Of a stretch of 32,721 bases of DNA, positions 24,335-32,709 are shown piece by piece. Under the pieces are notes generated by a model, which was not told the origin of the DNA, did no database searches, and worked only from the letters and a program-made list of their open reading frames with translations. Source of the stretch: an uncultured Candidatus Bathyarchaeia archaeon. Its GTDB lineage: Archaea; Thermoproteota; Bathyarchaeia; Bathyarchaeales; Bathycorpusculaceae. The stretch spans positions 1 to 32,721 of the forward strand of contig CAZYUQ010000001.1 in NCBI GenBank assembly GCA_964650565.1. The letters run 5' to 3'. Made by a program: the position numbers and the translations under genes. How positions within the stretch are numbered: the first letter of the stretch is position 1; each line of letters begins with the position of its first letter.

Positions 24335-25102
24335 ATGAGTGAAGGAGCATTAATGTCCTACCAGTTGACCGGCGACTTGGGTGTTAATTCAGAAGTCGGC
24401 GTAATTCTTCCCACTTACTGTGAAGCAGAAAACATAGCAAAACTGATTATTCAAATTGAAAATCTCCCCCTGAACGCCTCCATACTGGTAATCGACGACT
24501 CTAGCCCCGACGAAACCGCGGAAATCGTGAAAAAACTGCAAGCAAAATACGGCAATATCCTCCTCTGTATCCGACCAGAAAAAAGTGGGTTAGGCACAGC
24601 GATAACAGACGGCTTCAAAATCTTTCTATCCCTAAAAAACTCGCCGCGTTTCGTCATAACAATGGACGCTGACTACTCGCATAACCCAAAAGCCATACTG
24701 CAGTTGTTATCCAGCATGCAGTGTGGATGTGGAATCGCTATAGGAAGCCGATACTGCCGAGGCGGTGGAACAGTCGGCTGGCCGTTCACTCGAAAAATCA
24801 TCAGTCGCACCGCAAACACCGTAGCCAAATCCGTGGTCGGCTTCAAACTTAACGACTGCACCAACGGCTTCCGTTGTTACTCCACAGGCTTTCTGAAACA
24901 GGCCATCGGCAGTTTACACAGCGAAACCTACGAGATCCAGATTGAAACCATTAAGCAAGCGCTCCTAAGAGGCTTCGACATAAAAGAAGTACCCATATTG
25001 TTCGTTAACAGGAAACGTGGAAAATCGAAACTCACTTTGGTTGAGGTTCAAAGCTATATTTCCTATATTTTAAAAACTGCAGCGTACGGGCGAAGCAGAT
25101 AA
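24335..25102 (+). CDS. GT2 glycosyltransferase, dolichyl/polyprenyl-phosphate mannose synthase-like (DPM1-like)
   Basis: VILPTYCEAENI, LVIDDSSPDET, GLGTA, ITMDADYSHNP, GSRY and NGFRCY are classic GT2 / Dpm1 motifs. The start may be the downstream Met (MSYQL). Confidence 0.8.
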   Translation: MSEGALMSYQLTGDLGVNSEVGVILPTYCEAENIAKLIIQIENLPLNASILVIDDSSPDETAEIVKKLQAKYGNILLCIRPEKSGLGTAITDGFKIFLSLKNSPRFVITMDADYSHNPKAILQLLSSMQCGCGIAIGSRYCRGGGTVGWPFTRKIISRTANTVAKSVVGFKLNDCTNGFRCYSTGFLKQAIGSLHSETYEIQIETIKQALLRGFDIKEVPILFVNRKRGKSKLTLVEVQSYISYILKTAAYGRSR

Positions 25103-25227
25103 ACTTTCTATAGGAACCGGCTTTCTGACTACCGGCAGTGACCAAGCACTGCTGTGGTTGCCAATAAAGGCTTAATGGTTAAATTCGCGAAAGTAAATTC
25201 AATTGTCAGGTATGGCAGGCGGAAGCA

Positions 25228-26460
25228 GTGACAGCGTTTTCCCAAGAATTCGTTTACGAAAAATTCTCCGAGTTCTACAAAAACTCCTCCGCCACAATTC
25301 CCCTTCCCACCTCTGCCCGCCAAAGAGAATTCGCCTTCCTGCTCCTCAAAGAACGCGCCATGCTGCGGCACAGAGGCTTCGCAAACGCCAACAGCTTCAG
25401 ACAGTTCCTCAGCGAAACTGTGCCCTCAGACGTTTACCGCTCCTGCGCCTACTACGAAAACCCAGAAGCTGACATGGACAAGAAAGGCTGGCTTGGCGCG
25501 GACCTAGTCTTCGACATAGACGCCGACCACATCCCCGCCTCCTGCAACAAAATCCACGACGAATGGACCTGCGGCAAATGCGGCTTCAAAGGAAAAGGCG
25601 TCACACCTGCATCCTGCCCAATCTGCGAAAGCCCCAAGTTCGACACCAAAACTTGGCCCTGCGACCTATGCTTAGACTCAGCCAAAGAGGAAACCGTAAA
25701 GCTTGTTGGCATGCTGGAGAAAGACTTCGGGTTCTCCCGCAAAGAGTTGCACGTATTCTTTTCAGGTCACCGCGGATACCATGTTCACGTCGAAAACGAT
25801 GCCGTCAAAACACTGGACGCCGTAGCCCGCAAGGAAATCGTAGATTACGTTTTAGGCATAGGCTTAGCCGTGCTAAAGGAGAAAGCAAAAGGGAAATCCA
25901 GACGAAAACGCGCCGCCAACACTTTTGGGTTGCATGACTTCGGCTGGCACAAACGTCTAAAAATAGGCATCCAAAAATTCATCCTCAACGCGGACACAGA
26001 CGATTTACGGAACGCCGGCGTCAGAAGCTACGCTGCTATACTACAAAACAAGGAAGCAATTCTGAAGCGTTGCGTAGAGGAAGGCCGCTGGGGCAGCATT
26101 AAAGGCGTGAGTGTTGCCACTTGGAAGCGCATAGCAGAGTACGTTAAGAATCTGGAGTCTGCTAAAATCGACACGGTCGTCACCACCGACATCCACCGCC
26201 TAATACGCATGGCGGGCACTCTGCACGGCAAAACAGGATTAAAAAAAGTGGAGTTTCCAGTTGAGCGTTTAGCGGATTTCGACCCGAGCCGGGAAGCAGT
26301 AGCTTTTAAAGATGGTGAGGTGAAAGTGTCTGTCTCTGATGTACCAGAGTTTAGGTTGGGCGGAAACGTGTTCGGTCCTTACAGACATCAAGTAGTCAAA
26401 TTGCCAACTGCCGCAGCCGTGCTGCTCATCTGCAAAGGCAGAGCTGAGGTGGTAACGTAA
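25228..26460 (+). CDS. priS: DNA primase small (catalytic) subunit PriS
   Basis: GTG start. REFAF, YRSCAYYENP, catalytic DLVFDIDADH, a zinc knuckle CGKCGF...CPICES, and FSGHRGYHVHV. Confidence 0.9.
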   Translation: MTAFSQEFVYEKFSEFYKNSSATIPLPTSARQREFAFLLLKERAMLRHRGFANANSFRQFLSETVPSDVYRSCAYYENPEADMDKKGWLGADLVFDIDADHIPASCNKIHDEWTCGKCGFKGKGVTPASCPICESPKFDTKTWPCDLCLDSAKEETVKLVGMLEKDFGFSRKELHVFFSGHRGYHVHVENDAVKTLDAVARKEIVDYVLGIGLAVLKEKAKGKSRRKRAANTFGLHDFGWHKRLKIGIQKFILNADTDDLRNAGVRSYAAILQNKEAILKRCVEEGRWGSIKGVSVATWKRIAEYVKNLESAKIDTVVTTDIHRLIRMAGTLHGKTGLKKVEFPVERLADFDPSREAVAFKDGEVKVSVSDVPEFRLGGNVFGPYRHQVVKLPTAAAVLLICKGRAEVVT

Positions 26461-26461
26461 A

Positions 26462-27010
26462 GTGTACGCTGAACTGTGCGCTGCTTGGCAGCAGGAAATC
26501 GAAGGCGCTGAGCTTGGCAGTTTACCCGCTGACTTTTACGCGAACGTTGCGGATTACGTGCGGCGCATCAAAGAAGAAAGCAGGATGCTTGACCGCAAAT
26601 CGGTGAAGGCCGTGCTGCTTGAACGCGAACTGCAAAACGTTAAGCGCATGCTGCGTGAGCTGGTTTGGGCGCGGTACAAAAAGCTGGTTAAAGCGGTTGG
26701 CGAAGGCCAAAAGATGCCCTCAGAATTGTTAACTGCTGAAGAAGCAGAGATATGCGCAGGTTACGTTTCTTTCGCGGAAGCATACCAAAAATTCGCACAG
26801 AACCTTCTGCTGGGGCAAGTTGTAAAAACCAACCTAGCCAAAGTGCACAAGCGGGTTTCTTTGCGGTTCGTCAAGGCTATTCCCTCGGTAATCGGCGTGG
26901 ACATGAAGGCTTATGGGCCTTTCATGGTTGAAGATGTGGCGTCTCTGCCCGTTGAGAACGCGAAAATTCTAGTTAAGCAAGGTTTGGCTGTGGCGGTCGA
27001 GGTTCCATAA
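26462..27010 (+). CDS. GINS complex subunit, Gins51 (Gins15)-like
   Basis: 182 aa. A helical N-terminal part (LGSLPADFYANVADYVRRI) and a small beta-rich C-terminal part (RFVKAIPSVIGVDMKAYGPFMVEDVASLPVENAKILVKQGLA) resemble the A-B domain order of archaeal Gins51. Lies immediately downstream of priS, a known conserved linkage. Sequence-level assignment is tentative. Confidence 0.55.
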   Translation: MYAELCAAWQQEIEGAELGSLPADFYANVADYVRRIKEESRMLDRKSVKAVLLERELQNVKRMLRELVWARYKKLVKAVGEGQKMPSELLTAEEAEICAGYVSFAEAYQKFAQNLLLGQVVKTNLAKVHKRVSLRFVKAIPSVIGVDMKAYGPFMVEDVASLPVENAKILVKQGLAVAVEVP

Positions 27011-28013
27011 GACGCGTTCTGCGGTTTTTAAGCCTGCGCCACAGACTTTGGCTTGCAAGAATTATCAGCGGATAAGCCACTATCCACGCGATAGAATATA
27101 ATGGTCCATAGTAGAAGTGGAATGGGGTTATATCTTGCCCATCCATGCCTATCAAGAAAATAGCCACTATCCTCAGAATGTTAATGATATACGTGACTAC
27201 CGCGCCGACAGCGAAGTAGCCAATTCTTGCTTTCCACGAAAGCGGCATACGCTTCAGAAACAGCAAAGTGACTACAGTGAATATGAGGAGGCTTTCGATG
27301 CCTGCGCATGGCCACGCTACCGCGAACGTGGCTGTTCTGGTGGGGTTGCTTGGGTCTGTTGCTGTTAACAGCGGCAAGGTACCTTGAACCGCGTCCGTTT
27401 GAGTCGTCAACACTGTATTGTAGCCCATCAGGTTGAGGACTGCGGCTGCAAGCGTGGTCGTTGTGGGCACAAGAAACTGGAACAGAGTGAACTGCCCGTA
27501 CGGGTAAAGGTTGTCTATAGTGTACAGTGCTCCAACCGCTAATAGGAAAAACAGCGGCACCGAGAAGGTTTTTAAGCCTTTAACGCCGAAGGGCAAAAGA
27601 AGTATGGGGCAGTAGAGCAATGCGAAGACAAGGTACTCTATCGCAAGCGCCATCAGATCCCACCATTGCACACCGCTTTGCCTCGCCACGTCTGTGATTG
27701 CCGCGTTTAACCCCAGATAATTGGAAACCCACACGTAGATTGTAGGCAGTGCCAACGCGGCTGCGAAGGTCAAGGTTCTGGCTGAGAACAGCTTGGTGAT
27801 TTTACTTGTTTGCAGTTTTTCCCAATCAAGAATCAGTTCCAAGGCTATTAGCCACACGAAGAACAGCTGGAAGGTTCTACCTTTCCACATCAACTCAAAC
27901 GAGGCTGGATGCAGGTAGTACAGCCAAAGGAACGGAACTGCAAAAGCCAGCAGCGGCAGCAGCCTCAACAGCGTGCTCGCGTGCTCTTTGATTGTTACCA
28001 GAACGTTCTGCAT
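26973..28013 (-). CDS. Archaeosortase/exosortase family transpeptidase (subclass not assignable)
   Basis: 346 aa, polytopic. Conserved Cys in AWPCAGIESLLIF, Arg in INILRIVAIFLIG, and His in TPFHFYYGP (Cys-Arg-His arrangement). The 3' end overlaps the convergent GINS gene by 38 nt. Confidence 0.8.
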   Translation of the reverse strand: MQNVLVTIKEHASTLLRLLPLLAFAVPFLWLYYLHPASFELMWKGRTFQLFFVWLIALELILDWEKLQTSKITKLFSARTLTFAAALALPTIYVWVSNYLGLNAAITDVARQSGVQWWDLMALAIEYLVFALLYCPILLLPFGVKGLKTFSVPLFFLLAVGALYTIDNLYPYGQFTLFQFLVPTTTTLAAAVLNLMGYNTVLTTQTDAVQGTLPLLTATDPSNPTRTATFAVAWPCAGIESLLIFTVVTLLFLKRMPLSWKARIGYFAVGAVVTYIINILRIVAIFLIGMDGQDITPFHFYYGPLYSIAWIVAYPLIILASQSLWRRLKNRRTRLMEPRPPQPNLA

Positions 28014-28435
28014 TATACGCTACCAAACCCTGAACTGAGTAGGATAATAACGGTGAGCCACAGTTTAAAAAAGGATACGCAACTACCAAGTCTCCTATGA
28101 ACACACACAAACCCGCAACATCGGATTCTAGCAGTTAGATTTTTAGTATTTTCTTGATGTTTAATCTGAGAATCAGTTCTTTATCATAAGCTGATAAGTC
28201 GAGCAACTGCACAATTTTAACTGACACCAGCGGGTGCCCCGCCAATATGCACATGCGAATCAATAATCAAGCACGAACCCTCAATTTGCCCTGTTTAACG
28301 CTGAGAATAGGTTTCTGCTCAATTATTAATAACTTTAAGGCAAACGCGCTAAGAACACAGAAAGATTAAAAGCCAATCCAAAACTAACTTTTATCTGTTA
28401 CAACTGCAGAAAACGATTTGGTGAGGTTGACTAAA

Positions 28436-28774
28436 ATGAGCACGCAGGTTGAAAAATACATAGAAAAACAGAAACCACCACAAAAAGAGATCATCCAACA
28501 ACTAAGAAGCCTCATTCTAAAAACTTTACCCGCCATCAAAGAAGAATTCAAAATGGGCGTGCCATGGTACGAAGGAAAATTCTATGTCGTAGCACTCAAA
28601 GACCATGTCAACATGGGCTTTTCAGTAAAAGGATTATCCGCGCAGGAACAATCACTGTTCGAAGGCAAAGGACAGCTCATGCGGCACATCAAATTCTATT
28701 CTCTAAACGATGTTAACGCAGAAAAAGTGGCAAAATTGTTAAAACTTGTGGCAGAAAAAACCGCAAGCTGCTAA
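28436..28774 (+). CDS. DUF1801 (YdhG-like) domain protein
   Basis: VEKYIEKQKPPQKEIIQQLRSLILKTLPAIKEEFKMGVPWYEGKFYVVALKDHVNMGF fits DUF1801. ATG 28436 is preceded by GGTGAGG; the track start TTG 28418 is less likely. Confidence 0.7.
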   Translation: MSTQVEKYIEKQKPPQKEIIQQLRSLILKTLPAIKEEFKMGVPWYEGKFYVVALKDHVNMGFSVKGLSAQEQSLFEGKGQLMRHIKFYSLNDVNAEKVAKLLKLVAEKTASC

Positions 28775-29028
28775 ACAACACCCTGCCAAAAACCCATTCA
28801 CTCGGCAATTCCCTGCATTTAATTGAGATGAGTCTACGCTTCAGAGGCGTAGCCCAAGCCAAAAACAGCCACTTATAGCCTACCCAAACAAGCCTATTTG
28901 CATTAGGCTCCCTTTCTCAATCAAAAGCCCCAATCGCCCCAAAAAGACAGGAAAGAACGCGAAATAGCCCAAGCGGAAGCAAAGCTCACGGAGTTGACGA
29001 AACTGGAACGCAACAAAAAAGGGGAAAG

Positions 29029-29427
29029 TTATGGTGGCGGTGGCGGCGTTTCGTACCGTGGAGGATTCCACGTTAAGCCGAGTATGCTGCCTATTAATCC
29101 CAGCAGGAAGCCTATGAATATACCTCCAGCTGCGCCAAACCAGCTTAAAATGGAAAATATCAGCACGAGAACGGCACCTGTTCTGACTTTGCCTTTGTCT
29201 TCGCTGTTCATCATGATTGCGCCGACTAGTGTTAAAATTCCCCAGACTATTCCCAGAACGCCTAAGATCATTGCCATGGCACCGAGTCCTCCGAAGCCGA
29301 TGAAGTCAAACACGCTGCCGATGATGCTGAAGATGACTGCGTAGATCAAGCCGCCGATAATGATGAAGATTGATCCCAAAAGAGACAGCACGAATGCCGC
29401 TGTTGGTTTTTCTGCCATTTTGTGCAC
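29029..29427 (-). CDS. Small Gly/Ile-rich integral membrane protein (3-4 TMs) with a Pro-rich tail
   Basis: 132-aa ORF with strongly hydrophobic segments and a GILTL-basic loop-TM arrangement also seen in 31999..32550. No function assignable. Confidence 0.55.
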   Translation of the reverse strand: MHKMAEKPTAAFVLSLLGSIFIIIGGLIYAVIFSIIGSVFDFIGFGGLGAMAMILGVLGIVWGILTLVGAIMMNSEDKGKVRTGAVLVLIFSILSWFGAAGGIFIGFLLGLIGSILGLTWNPPRYETPPPPP

Positions 29428-29687
29428 CCTTGAAACGCCTATTTCTACTCAAGTTGCTAATATAGTTTTTTACCGACGGTGCATTTCAGGCTGTAGCGGG
29501 CTGTGTTTGTGCTTTTTCGGTTGAAACTTGACCTGCAACCGTTTTGTAGGCATTAGCGCGCTGTAATGTTGCGTGGCACGTGGGTGTGGTCTTTTTGCAT
29601 GGTGACAAACAGGTGTTTTCGTTGTGGATGCGGAAAAAGTATAAGAATGCGTGTGTTTTCTCTATTGCCAAGTTAGATGTGACGGGT

Positions 29688-29963
29688 ATGAATGTTCCTA
29701 AAGAAGTGCGGACGTACTGTCCGAAGTGTAAGGCGCATCAGGCTCATACTGTTAGCCTTTACAAGCCTGGGAAGCGTAGAGCTTTAGCCAAGGGTGAGCG
29801 GCATCATGACCGTGAGAAGAAAGGTTACGGCGGACAGAAGTATCCTTTGCAGCACGAGTTTGCTAAGACTACTAAGAAGCAGACTTTGCGTGTGAAGTGT
29901 AAGGTTTGTGGTTTCATGCGTCATAAGGATGGTATTCGTTTGCGGAAACTGGCTATAGGTTGA
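29688..29963 (+). CDS. rpl44e: 50S ribosomal protein L44e (eL42)
   Basis: [50 protein letters not shown]...CKVCGF is a zinc-ribbon r-protein. The track ORF starts 108 nt too early (29580). Confidence 0.9.
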   Translation: MNVPKEVRTYCPKCKAHQAHTVSLYKPGKRRALAKGERHHDREKKGYGGQKYPLQHEFAKTTKKQTLRVKCKVCGFMRHKDGIRLRKLAIG

Positions 29964-29976
29964 ATGGAGGCGAGAT

Positions 29977-30177
29977 GTGATGTCTGAGTGGAATGAGCTT
30001 ATTCCGAAGCCGACTAGTGCTTTTCTGCGTGTTGTTTGTCCTAAGTGTGGTAATGAGCAGTTGCTTTTTAGTCATGCTGTGAACGTGGTTAAGTGTAACG
30101 TGTGCGGTGAGGTTCTTGCTCAGCCAACGGGGGGCAAGGCGCGGATTAGGGGCGAGAAGACTGCGTTTCTTGAGTAG
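29977..30177 (+). CDS. rps27e: 30S ribosomal protein S27e (eS27)
   Basis: [42 protein letters not shown] is the C4 zinc ribbon typical of S27e. Confidence 0.9.
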   Translation: MMSEWNELIPKPTSAFLRVVCPKCGNEQLLFSHAVNVVKCNVCGEVLAQPTGGKARIRGEKTAFLE

Positions 30178-30192
30178 GGAAGAAGTTTAGCG

Positions 30193-30978
30193 ATGGTTGA
30201 GTTTAAACCTGAGTGGCCTGAGGCTGGGGATTTGGTGATGGCTACTGTTGAGAATGTTACTGATTATGGTGCTTATGTTAAGTTGGATGAGTTTGGTAAG
30301 CGGGGTTTGTTGCATGTTTCGGAGATTTCCAGCTCTTGGATCAGGAATATTAGGGATTTTGTGCGTGAGAATCAGAAGCTTGTTTTGAAGGTTTTGCGGG
30401 TTGATGCTGAGAAAGGACATGTTGATTTGTCTTTGAGGCGGGTTACGAAGCGGGAGAAGATTGAGAAGGTTAAGTCTTGGAAGACTGAGCGGAAGGCTGA
30501 GGCTTTGCTTCGGGGTGTGGCGGAGAAGCTTGGCATGTCTGCGGATGAGGTTTACGAGCAGGCTGGGAAGGTTATTGACGAGCATTTTGGTTTGTACGAG
30601 GGTTTTGAGAAGGCTGCGTTTGAGGGTTTTGAGGCTTTAACCGCGATTGGCGTGTCTGAGGCGGTTGCAAAGGCGTTTGCTGAGGTTGCGGCTGAGCGTA
30701 TTCACGTTAAGTTGGTGAAGGTGAAGGGCACGCTTGAGATTCGTTGTATGAAGCCTAACGGTGTTCGGCTAATCCAAGAGGCGTTTCTTGCTGCGAAGGC
30801 GGAGAAGCCGAAGGATGCTGATGTGCGGTTTTATGTGGTTGCTGCGCCCAAATATAGCGTTGAGGTCTCGGCGGAGAATTATAAGCGTGCTGAGGATGTG
30901 TTTCAGCGGGTTAGTCAGCGTGTTGTGGATAACGTGGTTGCGGCTGGTGGTCAGGGTAGTTTTAGAAGGGAGAAGTAG
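30193..30978 (+). CDS. eif2a: Translation initiation factor 2 subunit alpha (aIF2-alpha)
   Basis: S1 domain GDLVMATVENVTDYGAYVKLDEFGKRGLLHVSEISSSWIRNIRDFV, followed by helical and alpha-beta domains; 261 aa. Confidence 0.95.
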   Translation: MVEFKPEWPEAGDLVMATVENVTDYGAYVKLDEFGKRGLLHVSEISSSWIRNIRDFVRENQKLVLKVLRVDAEKGHVDLSLRRVTKREKIEKVKSWKTERKAEALLRGVAEKLGMSADEVYEQAGKVIDEHFGLYEGFEKAAFEGFEALTAIGVSEAVAKAFAEVAAERIHVKLVKVKGTLEIRCMKPNGVRLIQEAFLAAKAEKPKDADVRFYVVAAPKYSVEVSAENYKRAEDVFQRVSQRVVDNVVAAGGQGSFRREK

Positions 30979-30980
30979 GG

Positions 30981-31151
30981 ATGGTTTGGTTGTTGAGGAA
31001 GTGTGTGGCGTGTGGGCGGTACACGTTGCAGACGGATTTTTGTCCTTCTTGCGGTGGTAAGGTGCATGTTCCACATCCGGCGAAGTTTTCTCCTGATGAT
31101 AAGTATTTGCGGTATCGTGTGGCTTTGAAGCGGGAGTGTGGGTCTGCTTGA
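30981..31151 (+). CDS. nop10: H/ACA RNP protein Nop10
   Basis: 56-aa ORF below the track cutoff: MVWLLRKCVACGRYTLQTDFCPSCGGKVHVPHPAKFSPDDKYLRYRVALKRE. It has the zinc ribbon plus PAKFSPDDKY motif of Nop10, at the conserved position after aIF2-alpha. Confidence 0.9.
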   Translation: MVWLLRKCVACGRYTLQTDFCPSCGGKVHVPHPAKFSPDDKYLRYRVALKRECGSA

Positions 31152-31921
31152 AGGAGACTTATGTTAAGGAGCGGTTGGCTGTTCAGTTTAAGGAGCCTGT
31201 TTTGGTTGCTGGTTTGCCGGGTTTGGGTTTGGTGGGTAAGATTGCTGCGCGGTTTTTGGTTAAGCAGTTGAAGGCGCAGCGGTTTGCTTATTTGTATTCT
31301 CCGCATTTTCCGTATTTTGTTTTGGTGAATAAGAAGGGTAGTGTGCGTTTGTTGCGTGGGGCGTTTTATTTTTGGCGGAATCCTGCGGGTGGGAATGATT
31401 TTATCTTTTTTACGGGTGACAGCCAATCGCAGACTATTGAGGGTCAGTATGAGATTGCTGATTGTATGTTGGAGTTTTGTAAGCGGCATGGTGTGCGGGC
31501 GATTGTGACTATTGGTGGTTATCGTGTGGAGACTGAGGGTAAGCCGAAGGTTTATGTGGCTGCTACTGGTCAGGAGGTTTTGGATAGGGCGTTGCAGGCT
31601 GGTGCTGCTGTGAGTGATTCTGGGAGTCCGATTGTGGGGACTGCGGGTTTGATTCTTGGTTTGGCTCGGTTTAAGAAGATTGATTCTTTGTGCCTGTTAG
31701 GTGAAACGCGTGGGTATTTGCCTGATCCTTCAGCTGCGCGGAGTGTGTTGGAAGTGTTGAATGGGATGTTTGGGATTAGTGTGGATTTGGCTGGGTTGGA
31801 TGAGGATATTGCTAGGGCGGAGAAGATGGTGTCGCGGTTGCAGAAGATTGAGGAGCAGCGTGCGGTGCAGGCCGAGGAGACTCGGAAGCTGGAAGATAAG
31901 AAAACTACGTACATATCCTAG
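31136..31921 (+). CDS. PAC2-family proteasome assembly chaperone-like protein (COG1938)
   Basis: EPVLVAGLPGLGLVGKIAARFLV, FFTGDSQ and VTIGGY fit the PAC2/PbaA family. The start is GTG 31136 or TTG 31148 (TTGA overlap with the nop10 stop). Confidence 0.8.
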   Translation: MWVCLKETYVKERLAVQFKEPVLVAGLPGLGLVGKIAARFLVKQLKAQRFAYLYSPHFPYFVLVNKKGSVRLLRGAFYFWRNPAGGNDFIFFTGDSQSQTIEGQYEIADCMLEFCKRHGVRAIVTIGGYRVETEGKPKVYVAATGQEVLDRALQAGAAVSDSGSPIVGTAGLILGLARFKKIDSLCLLGETRGYLPDPSAARSVLEVLNGMFGISVDLAGLDEDIARAEKMVSRLQKIEEQRAVQAEETRKLEDKKTTYIS

Positions 31922-31942
31922 CGCTGTTGTGTTGTGCGCAGT

Positions 31943-31960
31943 CTATAGCCCCCTTATTTA
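31943..31960 (+). repeat. Intergenic element copy C: CTATAGCCCCCTTATTTA (18-nt exact match to 22242-22259)
   Basis: Lies in the 77-nt spacer between the convergent genes ending at 31921 and 31999. Confidence 0.6.
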
Positions 31961-31998
31961 AACTATAAATAGGCAGAGTGTTGGTTGTGTTTTTGGGT

Positions 31999-32550
31999 CT
32001 ATTCTTGCTCTGGTTCTGTTTCTTCTGCAGGTTCGGGCTCGGTGGGTTTTTGGGTTGCTGTGAATTCGGTTTTTGATTTGATTATGAAGATTGCGCTTAT
32101 GATTGAGAGTGCGCCTGTTGGTACTGTGGCGAGTAGTATGCCTTCTGTGTAGCCGTAGTTGTAGTACCAAGTGACTATTAGGGTGAATATCGTTGAGGCT
32201 ATCATGAGGATTATTCCGGTGATTGCGAGTTTGAGGCGTTTTCGTGTTAGTGTTAGGATTCCCGCGGCGAAGCCGAATGCTGCTGCGGGGAATGCGAAGG
32301 CTGCGAGGAGTAGGAAGCCGATGGCACCGGATGTGTCGTAGCCGTAGGAAGCGTAGTAGCTGGTGTACGCTTGGTAGGATACGACTCCGATGGTTCCGAT
32401 GGCTGCGGAGAAGGATGCGGCGATTAACGCGAGGATTCCTGCTGCGAGTGTTAATTCTTTTTTAGGTTTTGAGTTAAGGGGTGCGCCGCAGTATGCGCAG
32501 AAACTGCTTGTTTCGTCTTGTATTTCTTTGCCGCAGTTAGTACAATTCAA
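31999..32550 (-). CDS. Zinc-ribbon domain membrane protein (N-terminal CxxC...CxxC, about 4 TMs, acidic Pro/Glu tail)
   Basis: MNCTNCGKEIQDETSSFCAYCGAPL, then Ala/Gly-rich TMs. C-terminus TEPEPAEETEPEQE. Confidence 0.6.
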   Translation of the reverse strand: MNCTNCGKEIQDETSSFCAYCGAPLNSKPKKELTLAAGILALIAASFSAAIGTIGVVSYQAYTSYYASYGYDTSGAIGFLLLAAFAFPAAAFGFAAGILTLTRKRLKLAITGIILMIASTIFTLIVTWYYNYGYTEGILLATVPTGALSIISAIFIIKSKTEFTATQKPTEPEPAEETEPEQE

Positions 32551-32631
32551 TGGTGACCTGAACCTCTTTTGTTAAGGGTTTACAGGCTTGTTCTTCTTGT
32601 TGCTATTTATGTGTTTGCCAAAATTCAACGA

Positions 32632-32647
32632 GGGGATAGACCCCCTA
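32632..32647 (+). repeat. Intergenic element copy D: GGGGATAGACCCCCTA (16-nt exact match to 3202-3217)
   Basis: Exact 16-mer. Directly abuts the first of two palindrome-containing direct repeats. Confidence 0.6.
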
Positions 32648-32709
32648 TAGGGAAGATACGATAAAATCGTGACAAGTTATAGAGCACTGTAGGGAATACG
32701 ATTAAATCG
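32648..32709 (+). repeat. Two direct repeats: TAGGGAAGATACGATAAAATCG (32648-32669) and TAGGGAATACGATTAAATCG (32690-32709)
   Basis: 19 of 20 positions are identical apart from a 2-nt indel. Each carries a small palindrome, CGAT-N3-ATCG. Start-to-start spacing is 42 nt, and the window ends 12 nt later. Confidence 0.5.

Noticed and set aside
28140-28200. C/D-box sRNA in the archaeosortase/DUF1801 spacer (TGATGT...CTGA...CTGATAAG)
   Set aside because: The box spacing is wrong (only 5 nt between the C-like and D'-like boxes), there is no proper RUGAUGA, and there are no terminal pairing stems.
30187-31489. Long minus-strand ORFs 30187..30585 (132 aa) and 30962..31489 (175 aa), rich in Pro/Leu/Asn/Arg/Lys/Gln
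   Set aside because: They are antisense to well-supported aIF2-alpha, nop10 and PAC2 genes. The plus strand here is very C-poor and GT-rich, so the antisense strand rarely forms stop codons. The products are low-complexity with no recognisable motifs.
22242-31960. Mobile element or integrated island bounded by the 18-nt exact direct repeats
   Set aside because: The enclosed 9.7 kb is core housekeeping (pcn, priL, priS, GINS, r-proteins, aIF2-alpha, nop10) with no integrase, transposase or tRNA target. Related copies of the element exist elsewhere, so it is a dispersed motif rather than an att pair.
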